This document shows positions 25,708 through 39,062 of a stretch of DNA of 64,000 nucleotides, piece by piece. The first letter of the stretch is position 1. Each line of letters opens with the position of its first letter. Under the pieces are notes generated by a model. The model saw nothing but the letters and a program-made list of their open reading frames with translations. It had not been told where the DNA came from and did not search any database. The translations under genes and the position numbers were made by a program. The stretch comes from Takakia lepidozioides (taxonomy: Eukaryota > Plantae > Bryophyta). Location of the stretch: the NCBI GenBank assembly GCA_030704615.1, contig CM060731.1, positions 88,660,001 to 88,724,000 of the forward strand, written 5' to 3'.

Positions 25708-28700
25708 ATGTTGGTCTGGTTGTCGTTGTTATGTTTGCTCGTACTGCAGAGGGCATCTGTGACAGAGGCCGATCATGGGATATTTCGATTGACCCACAGC
25801 TACGCACATTTGGAAGGGTCGAGTGTCCAGCGAAGAGGGCAGGGAATGAGTATTGAACACTTCCAGAGATTGAAAGCTCACGACCGGGGACGGATGCGCC
25901 GCTTGCTCTCCATTGTGGATTTTCCTCTGGCCGGAAGTGACGATCCCCTCACTGTTGGGTACTTTCCTTCTCCCTCTTGTAGCTTTAATCAGGGTACAAG
26001 GAATTTGGTCCCCTTCTCCTCTCTTCTCCCGACAACTCGGCAGTAGTCGTTTTTCTGTTTGTCTTCCAGTACCTTCTCCCTGCCTTCTCCCTGCCCTCCG
26101 CCTTTCTTGAGGTGGGTTCATTGGTTTGCATGGAAATGATTCTCATGGCAGGGAAGGAGATGGTGAAAAGGACAGACCCGAGGATTTGCATTGAATGCCA
26201 TCATATATCCCAGCTTCAGTAATAAGAGAGATTGACAGGCTTGGGCAGTGGACTACAGATATCTGCATCCAAATAAAACTTTAGGTCATGTGGCAAAGCT
26301 ATATAAGCTCTCATTGTCCGTGATGGTGAGGTTGGGATCCTCTAGGGGTTCTGGTGGGGCGGAGGACAATCCCCCTGCCAGATTTTTTTTTTTTTTCCTG
26401 TCATGGATAGCAGGTGGGGCCAGTTATAATGAGTGTCAGAACATTTGGATAGGGACTGTAACAGGGGTTGGGGGGCGTAGGCTATACTACACGCAGGTGG
26501 GGCTGGGCACACCCATGCGCAACTATTATCTGCAGGTGGACACTGGCAGCGATGTAATGTGGGTGCAATGCAATCCTTGCTACAATTGCCCTACTTCAAC
26601 TGACCTTCAAGGGGTAGGCAGTCTCCATTTACCAGTCATTGTTGTAGCCGGCTTTGCATATAAAAAATCACGGTCAAAGGCATATGAATCCTTTTAACCT
26701 TGAATGCAGAGGCACAGGTATTGGTAGGGTTCCAAGTGGTCGTCCCTGGCTGTGATGTGATTGGGGCTGTTGGGGTGAGCAGATCCAACTTACCATATAT
26801 GACCCATCAGCATCATCAAGCAGCAAGGATGTGGGCTGCAGTGACTATGATTGCGAAGCCTCCCAACTCAACCCCTCATGCTCCCTGGAGCAGAAGTGTT
26901 TATATGAGCTGCAATATGGGGATGGCAGCATTTCGGACGGATACTTAGTCTCAGATGTGCTAGTATATGAGCAGCTTGTTGACGGCAACTCCACCAGAAA
27001 TGCCTCTGCATCAGTCTTTTTTGGGTTGGCATTCTTCTTTTATCCAAAAAGTGGAATGAATATCATGAATATCATGATATGATATTCATGAATGATGTGT
27101 CTCAGATGTGTTAGTGTATGAGCAGCTTGTTGACAGCAACTCCACCAAAAAGGCCCCTGCATCAGTCTTTCTGGGGTTGGCATTCTTCTTTTATCCAAAA
27201 TATGTCATGAATATCATGAATATGATGATGATGATGATGATGATGATCAATAACTCGATACTTATAAGGATATCTCTGTTCACTATAGAAGCATTGTTGG
27301 CACTGGTGTTTTCTATATGTTGGAATGCTATAACTCCACTGAACTTGGTATATCATAAGTGACCAGGTTTTTACAATGAAGCTCATCCAATATGAGTCAC
27401 AAGATGGTCATGATGTTTCCTCTTGCAAGTATTTCCACTGCTGGCTTGCTCACTATTTGTTTGCTAGATGGATAGAAATGCAGCTATTTAAACAGGATGG
27501 ACTGGGAAGGGGAAAGCAGGTGTGGGTACAACCAAACAGGGGATGGTTTGACATCATCAGCACGGGCGGTGGATGGAATCATAGGGTTTGGACAGGCAGC
27601 TAGCTCAGTCGTGTCCCAGCTCGCTGCTCAAGGGAAAGCCCCTCACGTGTTTACGCATTGTCTGCAAGGCGAGAACAAGGGTGGTGGCATTCTAGTAATT
27701 GGTGCTGTGACACAGCCAAGTCTTGCCTATACCCCCTTGGTTTCTAAGCAGTGAGTCTCTATGCCTTGCTACTCATGTTTCTAGAAGCTCAGCTAGTCAA
27801 GAGTCTTTAAATGGGGAGCTGCACAGGACATTGTGGCCAGTGTAGCACAAGAGGTTTGTCTGAGACAGGGCAGAAGGGTAGAGCATGTGACTTGATGGAG
27901 TAGAGGGCTAAGAGGTAGAGAGGAAAAGTCAAATCACTTGTTGAAGCAATTTATTCTGGCAGAGGTGCCTTTGTATGCATGGGCTTCTTGGTGCCCATGC
28001 AATGTGGTAAAGTCTTGTCCTCCTGGGTTTCTGTTACCAAATGCATTGTGGTAGGACATAGATTCAAGCCTGAGGGATGTTGACTGAGTAGACTTCTGTA
28101 TTCTGAGAGTCACAACCCAGCCATGTCTTTATTCCAGAGTAAATGGGAATGCATTGCGAGGGTTGGGAAAGTGGAACAAAACGTAGTGTGCTTTACACAA
28201 AGTTAGGCTGAAGATATTGAATGGCTGTTGTTGAAAGGTGGTGTTGATAAGTAAGGCACAGTATCTGACGATTGGGAAGGTATGGAGCGATGCAGGGCAC
28301 ATTACAATGTAAATTTGCAGAACATAGCTGTAAGTGGAAGCAATATATCAAGCCCTTCAGTGTTTGATATTTCAAGTGGTGGTGGAGGAACCATCTTTGA
28401 CAGTGGCACAACGCTGGCGTATATTGTGGATCCCGCTTTCACAAATTTTGTGGATGCAGTATGGTTCTGCACCCTGGTTTTTGTTAGACATGTATGTTCT
28501 AGGTGTCACTAGACATTCTTGACACTAAGGTTGACTGAGCATCTTGCAAACTTTCAGCTGGTATAGGTAGAGATCTGCTTGTCTCCGTGTTTGTCTCTTT
28601 TCCCATGCACAAGATTGATCTCACTTCTATCCTAAGGCTTCCTGTTGTTTTAGCTTCCCCCTCCCTTGGAGAAAAGTGTGTCCCTTAGCAGCTTGGAAGT

Positions 28701-31700
28701 ATGGGGTTCAACTCACCCAAGAACAACAGTTTGGCTACAGAGACGTGTGTTTCTTCAAAAGTTCGAATCGAGCTGACCTCGGCAAACCATTCTTCTAAAC
28801 TAATTTAAAACCAGATCGTGCATGTAATCAATTGAATTTGTCATAGACAAAAGCTTGGGACATGTTATTACAGCCGATCCCTCAAATCCCGTCAAATGTT
28901 GGTTGAACTCTTTTCAAGAGGTAGGAAACCCAGAAGTTCAATTCTGAAGAGAGAGGTTTGTCTCGATTGTTCTTAAACAAGAAGAGCTCTTTTTGGGGTT
29001 CAATTCACTTTGAGTGAGGAAATGTAGTTTCTTGAATGTGTTGTGTGGAGTCTTTGCTATTCCAAAGGTGTTGTCTCCTTTAACTCTTCTCCTTTAAGTT
29101 CCTTGTTTGGTTTCTTGTTAAGATAGGAAGGTTTAATAGGATTGCCCAAAAATCTAGTCATTGCTGTGTGGATAAATGTAGTAATAACTTCGTCTTTGTT
29201 CGCTTTCTTGTTTAGACATGAGGTTTTTGGGTGAATGTCTGAAAGAATTTGTTATTATTGCATCAATAAATGCAGTAATAACTTTGTCTTCATTTGCAAG
29301 AATCATTATGTCGCTTCTATCACGGATGAACTTTATTTTCCTGCAGGTACGTACTTAAAACTAAACCTCACAGACAGTAGCATCTTGCAGATCCATGCAA
29401 AGATTGCGCAGTCTATCGGTTTCAACCCTCAGAAACTCGGTAACAAAGCTTCCTTTCTTTGCAGCCTGGAAGTTTCATAAAATCATCTAAAAACCTGAGA
29501 TTTATCAAGGCTTCATGCGATAGTTCCTAGACAGAGTTTCCAAGTGGCTGTTATTTCTTCTTCCTGTCTTGAATTACCTCCGGAAGTCTTCAAAGTTGAC
29601 GGTTTTACAGAAAATAGCTGGGTTTTAAGGGACTCTTCTGAAGTGGTTGACATATTACACTACTTCAACCATTCTAGATTGGCTAAAGACTAAAGAGAAA
29701 GAAGTTCCCCTTGGATTGACTTCCTTGGTTAGACTTCTTGGCTGACAGTCTATTCCTAGTTTTTGGTCAATCAAGCTTCAATCAATCTATTGGGATTCCT
29801 ATGGGTACCAAGGGTGCTGTTTTCTTAGCTGATTTCTGTCTCTTCACATATCAGTTTGAGCCTATAGAATGCTTAATCAACCTTGGCACCTGCCCTGTAC
29901 CTCTAAGAATTGTCTATTGTAAGAAGGTTTGTAGATGATCAAGATATCTTTAGTTTTTGGAGTTCACGTTAAGAGTATGAACTCCTTTGGTGGTGGTATT
30001 AATTTCAAAATAGCTTGTGAGATGAAATGTACTTCTACAGGGAAGGTTTATAATTTCTTGACTTGCAATCCTTCAGTCCTCGGCACGTTTTGAAGTGGGA
30101 AATTCTGATGAACTCTCACTAGCAGACTATGCTGGTATTCAAGAATAAGAATGCCTCATATTGAATCCAACATTTTGGCTATGGCTAAGTATGGTAGTAT
30201 CACAAGCCAGTTCTACAGGTTTTCAAGAACTTGCAGCTCTAAGGAGTTGTTTGTCTGTCAATTGTTCATGTTATTAAAGCTGCTTCAAGACAAAGGGTAT
30301 GCTTTGCATCTCCTTTTGAAGAGAAGAACTGTTCTCTGTACTCATAAGTATGTCTTTGGGATTTGAGCCTTTGGTCCACGCAAAGTGATTAAGGACAGAC
30401 TGCTTAAGTCTTAATTAGGTTCGCTCCCTCTTTAATTATTTTTAAAATGGCTAAACTATGTCTTGGCTGCGCTTTTTCGTGTTGACACCAGTGCTTCTAC
30501 ACCCCTTGTCAGGAACTGATGGAGTGGGTAGTTATAACAGCTGGTCACTGTTATATGGGATGTAATCAATTCTCTCATACTCTTAGATTGACTCTCTAAG
30601 TTATGAGACAACATTTTTTATGGCTTCATCCTTGGTTACCATTCAAAAATGAGTTCAGAGTTTACTAGGCCCTTATATACAGATATATATATATATATAT
30701 ATATATATAGGTAGGTATGACATTACATTTGTTTCTGATTCAGGTTGCTTGTTTTTGGCAAGTTCCATCATCTGGTTATTTTGCTTTAATGATCTGATTA
30801 CCTGATTATGGCAGATTAAGAGATATGCACCGGTTTCATCACATATTGAAAAAGATGCAGCAGGCGATGAACAAACCTGCTTCTTTTATGGTGACAGGTA
30901 TCTGTTAATGTTCATTCATGGATACTGTACATGTTGCGGTTGTGGCCTCTGTCTTTGGCTTCGAACTTCTTTGGAAGGCAACGTACTTCACTGTAGCTTC
31001 CATGCAGTCTGCATTCTGTTTCTTTGTCTACCAATCATTACCTACGTTAAGTTTTATATCAATGTTAAGGATACTACACCAGAAGATGGAAGAACACAGA
31101 TTCATATGTTTATGCCAGCTCTCTGTCGTGGACTCCTGCAAGATTGTGGTTGTGGTCAATGATGTAATGCTCGGCACAAATTGCCTGACTGTTGTGTTTG
31201 GCTCGTGGGCTTCGGCAGTGTGGATGGGAGTTTTCCTGAAGTCATTCTTTACTTTGAAGGTGCAACAATGCAGCTGAAGCCAGAGAATTACCTTATAAAA
31301 GAGCCACTTGTATGTGTCTCTCTCTGTCTCTCTCTCGTCCCATTCTAGACCAAGTGTGGCTGGAATCAACAGTGGAACATGTTGTCTACACCAGCCTCAC
31401 ATCAAACACCCCTGTGTTCAGTTTGTGTTGTCTGTGTGCAAGCAGTATGGGGATTGGTGAATAGGTTTCCCAGACCTTGGTAGACAGAAATCCCATATCA
31501 ATTTGTTAGTGATCCTGCAGGGACTGTACCCTCAAGGGTATGTCATTCACAGGAACATCCCTCGCTCTATAACCTTTGTGCTTCGTCTCCAGGTGAGATG
31601 AACTAGGAATGAAGCAGCTTGAGTGTAGCATCACTGCCTATGGTACCCACATTCCTACTTAGATCAGGGATTGGGGTTCAATTGGGTTTACTCATCAAGT

Positions 31701-33289
31701 TTTTTTGGGTGTTATCTCCTACAATTGACCCAAGGAGCTTAGTCCGCAGCTGCAAGGTTGTGTTTAGGCACATCTGAGGAGCGAATAGAAAATAGTACGA
31801 GAAAGCACCTTGTACTTTTTGGTGCAAGGAAACAGCTAAGTTCCAATTGGTCTTCCAACCTGGGTGATCTATGTAGAAGGCATTGGTCCTCACTTCCCTT
31901 CTTGGAGCATGACTACACTGAGGGTTTTTAGTGATGGTAAGATGAACTGTCTTGCTTAGACTTGCCTCTTAGTGTTCTTCTTCCTTGAAATTTGTTGCAG
32001 CATATCTGATGTACTTTTGGGGCTGGGTGGTGGAAAATAGAATTCTCAAACAGCTTGGTGTATAGCCTGGTATAGTGGTGGAAGTGCAGGTGGAAATGAT
32101 CTCGCATACTCAATATTTGGAGGTGTGCACTTGCTTTCTCATCTCTCCCTCTATCTCCTTGTTCTCATAAGTCCATCTGGTGATTTGGTGAGCAGACTGT
32201 CAAAGACAGCTTGCTGGTGCAATGACATGCCATAGGTTGGTGTGTTACTTTGTGCATCACCTCTGTCTATGCAACGGATTGTGTCCAACGCATTCCTTGA
32301 AATTGAGCTTACAATGAATGAAAGTGGGTCCACATGTACTAAGATAACGAGCATTAGACTCACAGGTGCGCTTTGCTCATTCTATTCCACGGGTTGAGGA
32401 GTGGCATCCAAATTAGCGTTGCAAAAGTACAGAGTATTTGAACCCTTTTCTTACAATTTTGGTGTTCCATCTTTGAGTTGTGGATCTCAGTGGTAAGGGG
32501 TAGTCCAGTGACAAGGCTATGAGATGGTGTCCAGTGAGAGTCTCTTTTCTTTTCTGTCCAAAAGCACAATCCGTGATACCCAGAGGACTATTTTCCCCTT
32601 TGACTTCCAGCAAGCAACTGACAGTGCCATTCTTCCAGTGTAATACATTCTTGTTAAGGACACAGGAAGCAGTGCTACTTCAGTAACAACACGAGGTTCA
32701 GGAAAATGTGAATCCATCTAATATTAACACTGAAGTTGTTGCAAGTGGAAAATTGTTGTTGTGAGTGAGTTCTATGGTGAGGTCAATTTCAGTTTTAAGG
32801 AGTGGACAGTGTTGAAAGGTGTAGAGTAACGTGGGCTGGAGGGTTGCAGACATTGTTCTGAAGGACAAGCTGGTGGAGTATGACGTAGCAAATCAACAAA
32901 TTGGCTGGGTTGATTATGATTGTGTGTATTCTTTTCCTTATACAACTTCTTAGGATTACCACATGCTGAGATTTCCTTACATTTCCAGAGGACTAGCATA
33001 AGGGTGGATGCTCTTTTCCGCATGGAAAAAAGATCAGTAATGTAAAAGTGAACTATCTTGACAGTACAGGGTAGACTAATCTCTGAAAGCAATCTGATTT
33101 GGAAGTTGCTGTTGGTTTGTTCCAGGTACGCAGAGTGTCTCAGTCTCGCAAGGTACTGGAAATTCCAGTGCTTCTGTGGACCCCCTATCAGTATATACCT
33201 CCAGCAGCTCTAATCCTTGGAATGCTAGAACGCAAGGTCTATTCTTGATATTACTGTGTAGTATAGTGTTCATTGGCCACTTCCATTAG
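25708..33289 (+). CDS. A1-family aspartic protease (aspartic proteinase 36/39-like), signal peptide and probable GPI anchor; about 503 aa, 10 exons
   Basis: Exons 25708-25958, 26481-26613, 26783-27024, 27520-27750, 28296-28458, 30815-30897, 31219-31309, 32041-32122, 32850-32921 and 33126-33289 join in frame. Catalytic DTGS and DSGT; IFGDIVLKDK...QIGWVDYDC; Ser-rich then hydrophobic C-terminus. An upstream in-frame ATG at 25564 is an alternative start. Confidence 0.93.
26949..27225 (+). repeat. ~150-bp tandem duplication of the exon-3 end and its 5' splice site
   Basis: 26949-27075 is repeated with substitutions at 27099-27225, followed by an (ATG)n microsatellite. Confidence 0.9.
28700..30420 (+). 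mobile_element. Decayed Penelope-like retroelement (Naiad/Chlamys-type RT) in protease intron 5
   Basis: GHVITADP (about 28858); DKCSNNFVF-type motif twice (29170-29310); [14 protein letters not shown] (about 29783); MPHIESNI...[14 protein letters not shown]...KGY (30151-30300). Confidence 0.75.
30683..30709. repeat. (TA)n microsatellite
   Basis: Uninterrupted AT run. Confidence 0.95.
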
Positions 33290-33588
33290 GTCCAGATTTG
33301 TGGGATGCACAATTCTTTATTTCCTGCTTTACAATTGGTGTCAAAAGTCGGGTGAGGGTTATTGGTTGCTTTGGATCATGTCTCACAATCATAAAGCATG
33401 GAAGTCTGTGAATAAGGCTTTTGCCAGTGAAAATGAGCATTACATTATATGGCTTGATGTAGTTAGACTGTTGAAGTATCCTAAGCCAGAAGCAACACAA
33501 GGTGATATGGACAAAAATGCACCAAACATGCAGAGGGAGAGAGATAGAGGACACAGATGGCAGGTCCACGTAGGCACAATCATGCTCT

Positions 33589-33784
33589 GATAACAATAAT
33601 AATATATATGTCGCCTCCCGAAGGTAGTGGAAATTATGGCCGGCTCTTGACCTTGAAGGGCTACTACAGCCTTCATGTAGGAAGGTGGACACGTGGACAC
33701 CTTTGTGACACCAATTGGTGCATTGAATTCACAACCACTTACGAGGTGGTATGTGCTCACCACTTGAGCTACAACTTGGTTGTC
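33589..33784 (-). mobile_element. tRNA-derived SINE
   Basis: Minus strand has A-box TAGCTCAAGTGG, B-box-like GAATTCAATGC, a body and a (TAT)n tail. 8-bp TSD CATGCTCT at 33581-33588 and 33785-33792. Confidence 0.8.
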
Positions 33785-34548
33785 CATGCTCTTCATACTT
33801 AACTACTCGTGCTTTCTGGCGAATTTTTGGATTTTTATCCCCCATAATACCTTTGTAACAAGTCTCTGCAACGAATTTTAATTGAATATGTCAGAAACAT
33901 GATGTATTTCTCCTGTTAATAAAAAACAGAAAGAAAAAGAAACAAAATAGTAAAATTAAAGTTGAACACTCAAACCTGCTCTACTATCTTATTTTATCAG
34001 CACTAGTGTGGCCTGTGCCGTTGAGCACACATTGTACTGTCATTTTATATTCCAGAGAAAGTTCCCAATCTGCTATTTATCATGAATTTCCAGTGACAAA
34101 AAACAAAGACTTTTGGATGGCGGAGCAGGAGAGCTCCGCGTTTAGTGGTGATAGAGAAGGCCCCACGGTCTCCCTGCAGGCTGTGGATAGCTATCGACCT
34201 CGCGATTTCGGAGAGAAGCAAGAGGATCGCGTTCTGGTTCTTTCTCTTCGAGGCTTCATCTAACTGGATACCCCTTCCTCTCCATCGAAATGGTTTTTAT
34301 GCTTTTTTCTGCTAAGTCAGCCCTCCTGAAGCCTTCTAACGAAATTCCTAATGCCTTTATCTGTTGATGAAAGTCACCTTCATCCCAGCAGCCCCACCCA
34401 CGAGCATCATCGCTACTCGTGTCCCCAAGCACGTCACCTTAACTCCTAGCCGCCTCCGGATGATTCTCCCCTCAAAACCTCAACTTGATCGACCCGCAAC
34501 CCCTCATTCTCTGTCCATTCTGTAAGGCCTCATCATTTCCTCATCAAT

Positions 34549-37070
34549 CACTACAATATACCATGGTTTTCACGACTACCATACCTTCACTATAGGTCTC
34601 ACTATTGGCATCTCTCACTGTACTGTCACTACTTAGTTGAAAAGTGCCACCATGGCATGTGAGTAGCAATGCATTTCATTATCACTAGAAAACTTTTCAT
34701 TACATAGTTAGGTCGTCTAACACCCTAATTCAAATTCTGACATATGTAATTATAAATGATATTAATTTTTATTCATACTTATCAGTCTTTAACTAATAGT
34801 GAAATGTTTGACTATAACCACTGACCATCACAACCAAGACAATGGTATGGTATTTCACTATCATTGTCAAATGTTTGTGTACTTGGTAAATGTAGGACAC
34901 GCTGTCATTGACAGCTGTACCTATGAAAATTTTGGACCACTAGTAGTGAAATAGTCTACTATAACCTATGACACAGCTAGGACAAGGCCACTATGCTATC
35001 TCACTATCACTATTAAATGTTTGTCTACTTAGTTTTTTTGATCTTGCAAACAATGACACGTATATCTATTGTACATATCTAATTTTTTAATATATATATC
35101 ACTAACGACATTGAGTCTTGGACAAGGCATGATGCATATATGGCTAAGTGTTTTAGGCAGGCTAGGTGTTATCTGGTCTCAATTTGCACTACTATTTAAT
35201 CTACTGGTATGCAAGTTCAGCTCTGAGCAATGATCATCAAAAGAATTCAACCCAAAACTTGTCCTGCATGTAGAAATCTCCAGCAGCTTTTTGACACTTG
35301 TAGAGTCTATATACAATTTGCTAAGTTTTTACATGTGGGATGCTGGACCGTCGAAAAGTAGTGTAGTTATCAAACAAAGCAAGACATAAGACAAACCACT
35401 ATACAGGATTTCACCCTCAAAATGAGCACCAAAAATGAGTTGCCCTTGCCCTCAAGGATACGATCTGAGCATTTGTCACACAACTCCTTGAGGAAATGGT
35501 GCAACTACCTGCTTTTGGAGCTCCTGCACTCGTTGCAGAGCTCACGGCAGCCCTCTTCCTCAAACACATGGGCAACATCCGAGAGAAATGGCAAAGCCCC
35601 AAGTGGGACTTGAACCCACTGACATGCCCAACCACGTGTGGCTTGTATGTGGGCCAAAGATGTGGCATGGGGCAAACTGCAAGTATTCTGGCATGCTGCT
35701 CAGACAGGCCAGAGTACTTGCCCCCCCTTTGCATGCATATGGATGCAATGAAATGCTAGTGAGAGAGAGAAAATGAATGCAATGCAGGTCTGCAATGCCT
35801 CCATGTCCCCTGCCGCACACCTGCATAACATACGGTTAAGCACTCCCTTCGTATCCTTGCAGCTGCACCTACATTTGACATACAAGTCCACGGTGTGTCT
35901 CCTTTAATTTCAGGTCGTGCTCGGTGGAGTCCATTCGATCAAACTTTCCAACGATTGCAACTCGAAAATCGATCCAACTTGCAGGTCTCAGTTCTTGTCT
36001 CAGGTACCAGTTTTCCGCTGTCCCCTGTAGGTTCAACCTCGCCACCTTGAACAATTTATCCTTGCTTTAAACTTGCTCCACTTGTGAGGGAAAGATAAAG
36101 GGCTGGTCATTTTCAGGAAGCGTACGACTAGTAAAGTCCACCAGTGTGAAACCATACTCGTCGTTCTTCATGTTGGCATTTCGACCCACCATGTTGGCCT
36201 TCACCCAAGTGCACCTGAATAGAAATAGAATAGGCTGCAATGTGTCATAGTCTAACTGTAATATTTGATTGATATTGACTCCAACGTATTGAAGAGAAGC
36301 CCTCACAAGATTGGAATCAGATGACTGTCTTATTCAAAGACAGAACATACCCCACTATCGAAAGTCACATGGGCTCGTCCATCAGTCATTCTCACCCTAT
36401 AATGGTTTCCATAGGCCCTCATACTAGGATATGACTTCACTGTGAAAGAGGGCGGTACACTCAATCTCACCACATCCATATCCACATCCTCCCATGTTGA
36501 TTGTGCACTTGCTATAGCACAGGGGAGCCATTCCTGGAAAGGGGATGGTAATTGGAGGTGTGGAGGGTAATCCACACGAGGCTGTCTTCCATGACGACGA
36601 AGACCATGCTGCTCTGCTACGAAGGCTTCCCTACCAGCATCCACTCCTTCTCTCTCAGTTTCGTATACTCTGCACATAAAATTGGCATCAAGGGAATAAA
36701 TGGGCAGCCTGCAAATTTCACCATGCTGCTCTTGCAATAAAACCCAGCCATCAGTGATGAAGAAAACAAACAAAAAAAGAACATACCTGAGAAATTGGGC
36801 AGTATAAGCAACCAAGTTGTGAAGCACATAAATGTGGGCTGCATCTCGCACGGTTGGTGACATGGACTTTTTGAGGGCATTGCCCAACCATTGATCATCC
36901 TCATTTGATCCCACACCGGACGTTGGGTATGCTTGAATTCTGCAATGCACTTCGTGCAAAACCCCAGTGCTTCATCTATTGCGTACCCTTAAGCCATACT
37001 ACCTTATGGTCTAGCCTTGTTTCGAACGTAACCCTTCAGGTCTTTAAGGTACCGTTCCATGGGGTAACAC
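34549..37070 (-). mobile_element. Truncated CACTA element with transposase C-terminal fragments (DUF4218/DUF4216-like) and an embedded retrotransposon gag fragment (35870-36065)
   Basis: CACTACAA at 34549 with CACTA/ACTAT subterminal repeats. YPMERYLKDLKGYVRNKARP*GSM (about 36990-37070), YGNHYRV...TFDSGV and DEYGFTLVDF...QPFIFPSQVEQV. The gag piece reads KLFKVARLNLQGTAENWY. Confidence 0.8.
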
Positions 37071-37079
37071 CACCTAGCG

Positions 37080-38830
37080 CCTACAGGCCCACAAATTGTC
37101 TATCTTGTCCACGAGATGAATGACAAAGGTGTGTCATCACATCGAACAAGGAAGAAGGAAACTCCTTCTCCAAAAGGCGGCCGTTTTCTCTCCATAACAG
37201 GAAGAGCCCTGGTTGCTAACCAAATCCTCATAGCTAGGATCTGGTAATTTGCTTCTACCTGGGGTTCGAACTCCAAAATCATTCAAGAGGTTAAGAGAAT
37301 CTGTATCAGGAACTCATATGGGGGGCCAGTCATCTTTCCAGTATAAGCGCCCACAAGTCTCCCGGTAGCAAATTTGCCTTCCAAAGAAAAAAGGGGGTTT
37401 AGGGGTTCTTGACCCAGAAAATCAGATTCAAGCCTTATTGGATAAATGGATATCCAGATTCCTTGGACCGGAAGGAGGTTGGTGGAAACTCTTGGTGGCA
37501 GATAACATCACCATCAGCTCCCCTCTTGCAAACTTGGACTGGGCTCCCTCGTTCAGATGGATCACTCAAGGTTTCAAGCATAAAGCCCTCAGCTCTTCTC
37601 TGTAGAAATCGATTTGGTGGGCTTGGGGCAAGTTCAGGCCCTTCCTCCGAAAGCAAGATCCTTCTTCTTTCCATGAAACCCTGAGGCAACACCTCTTCCT
37701 CAACAGCCTTCCACCTTCTCCATTGGAAAGGAGTCAGGTCAGAAGATGGGGGAACCTAAGGGATTCTCACAAGTCTCTCACCTCTGGAACCGCACCCCAT
37801 TTCACTTCAGAATGCTCTGGGTTATGCTCGTTTGAGAGCTGGCATTCCAACCATCCTATAGTCTATCCCAAACTCCTGAAGCCTCCATTTTAAGGCACGG
37901 TGTGCAACCACCCCACCTCAATAGTGGGTAACTGTCCCTTCTCAACCCTTCCAGGTGATTTTTGTGACGGAGGCCATTAACTCCTCTATCTCAGGCTATG
38001 GTTTTCAAGCGGATCCCTTCTCGGGAACCCTCAAACTAGTCTCCACACATAATGTCCATATCCTTGCAGCAATGCTTAACCCATCAATCTGTCAGTGGTC
38101 TGAGCCTTCCAAAGACTTCAATCCCTACCCCTCTCAGGGTATGCCTATCCTGACGTGGCTCACCATGACCTCTTTTGCCTGGATTGGGGGCCTTCCATTG
38201 TAGGATCTGCAAGTTTACCCGGCGGAGTGATTGTGGAGCTTTCTATGACCTCACGGTCGCTGCTAAACTTGCCTGGGCTAAGATTTGTGCAAAGATTGAC
38301 AGGAGATCTGAGCGCAGGACGGCCCTCCTCGCCATTTTCGCTTCTTCATGGGGAAGACATGAAATCATCTGCTTTGCGCTGATGCTGACTCCATTTCCTG
38401 GCCAGGGACTATTCCCCTCCTCTGGCAACATCATCGAGCCCCCATCTTCAACATCCCCTGAGTTTGATAGATCATAAATAAATTGGAAGCACATCAGGAC
38501 TGTAGCCACATCTAGGCTTCATTTTCCTAGATAGGTTGTTGTCCCTTTCCTTTGGTACTTTTGATTCCGCTTTGCAATGGAGCTCTTGCTCAAGCTACCT
38601 GATCTAGGGTTCCTTCACGCCCAAACTTTCAGAGAAAACAGTCTCCATTCTATAGCTACCTTTCGCTATAACTTAGTTTAGTGAGACCTTGGTCTCCTGG
38701 TGTTTGCTCGATCAGGCCTCATGGCAGCCTCTGCGCATGTAAGGATTTTTTTTTTTTTCCCTTCAATAATATTAATAAAGCTCTAAGGAGCTACCTCCTC
38801 TTTTCCTAAATTAGAAAACAAAACAAATTT
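37080..38830 (+). mobile_element. Decayed L1-clade LINE 3' portion
   Basis: LSITGRALVANQILIARIW (about 37188), a degenerate K..GGL motif (about 37385), a Cys cluster near 38200 and an A-rich 3' end near 38815. Confidence 0.65.
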
Positions 38831-39062
38831 TCCCCAAAATAATCCCAAATAAAGGGCCTCTGTCCCCTGTTTTCTATTAGAAAGAGAAAAATAGTTGAAA
38901 TTCAATATCTCTCACACCATAGGTCCAAAAATTATGAACCCGCCTCGATGCACCCCTACTCATCAAGGGCTTTCCAGCGATATCAAGAACCTGGGCAGAG
39001 GGCTTGCGGGAGATCTCAACGATGCTACAACAAACAAAACAAAACAAACTACCAAACTTAAT

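Noticed and set aside
27108-27386. Poly-Met and poly-His ORFs
   Set aside because: Produced by an intronic (ATG)n microsatellite.
30490-30620. Hammerhead ribozyme after the Penelope-like RT
   Set aside because: Only CTGATGG is visible; there is no intact CTGANGA...GAAA core with stems.
33715-33784. tRNA gene
   Set aside because: A/B boxes are present, but there is no cloverleaf, and it has a body, tail and TSD typical of a SINE.
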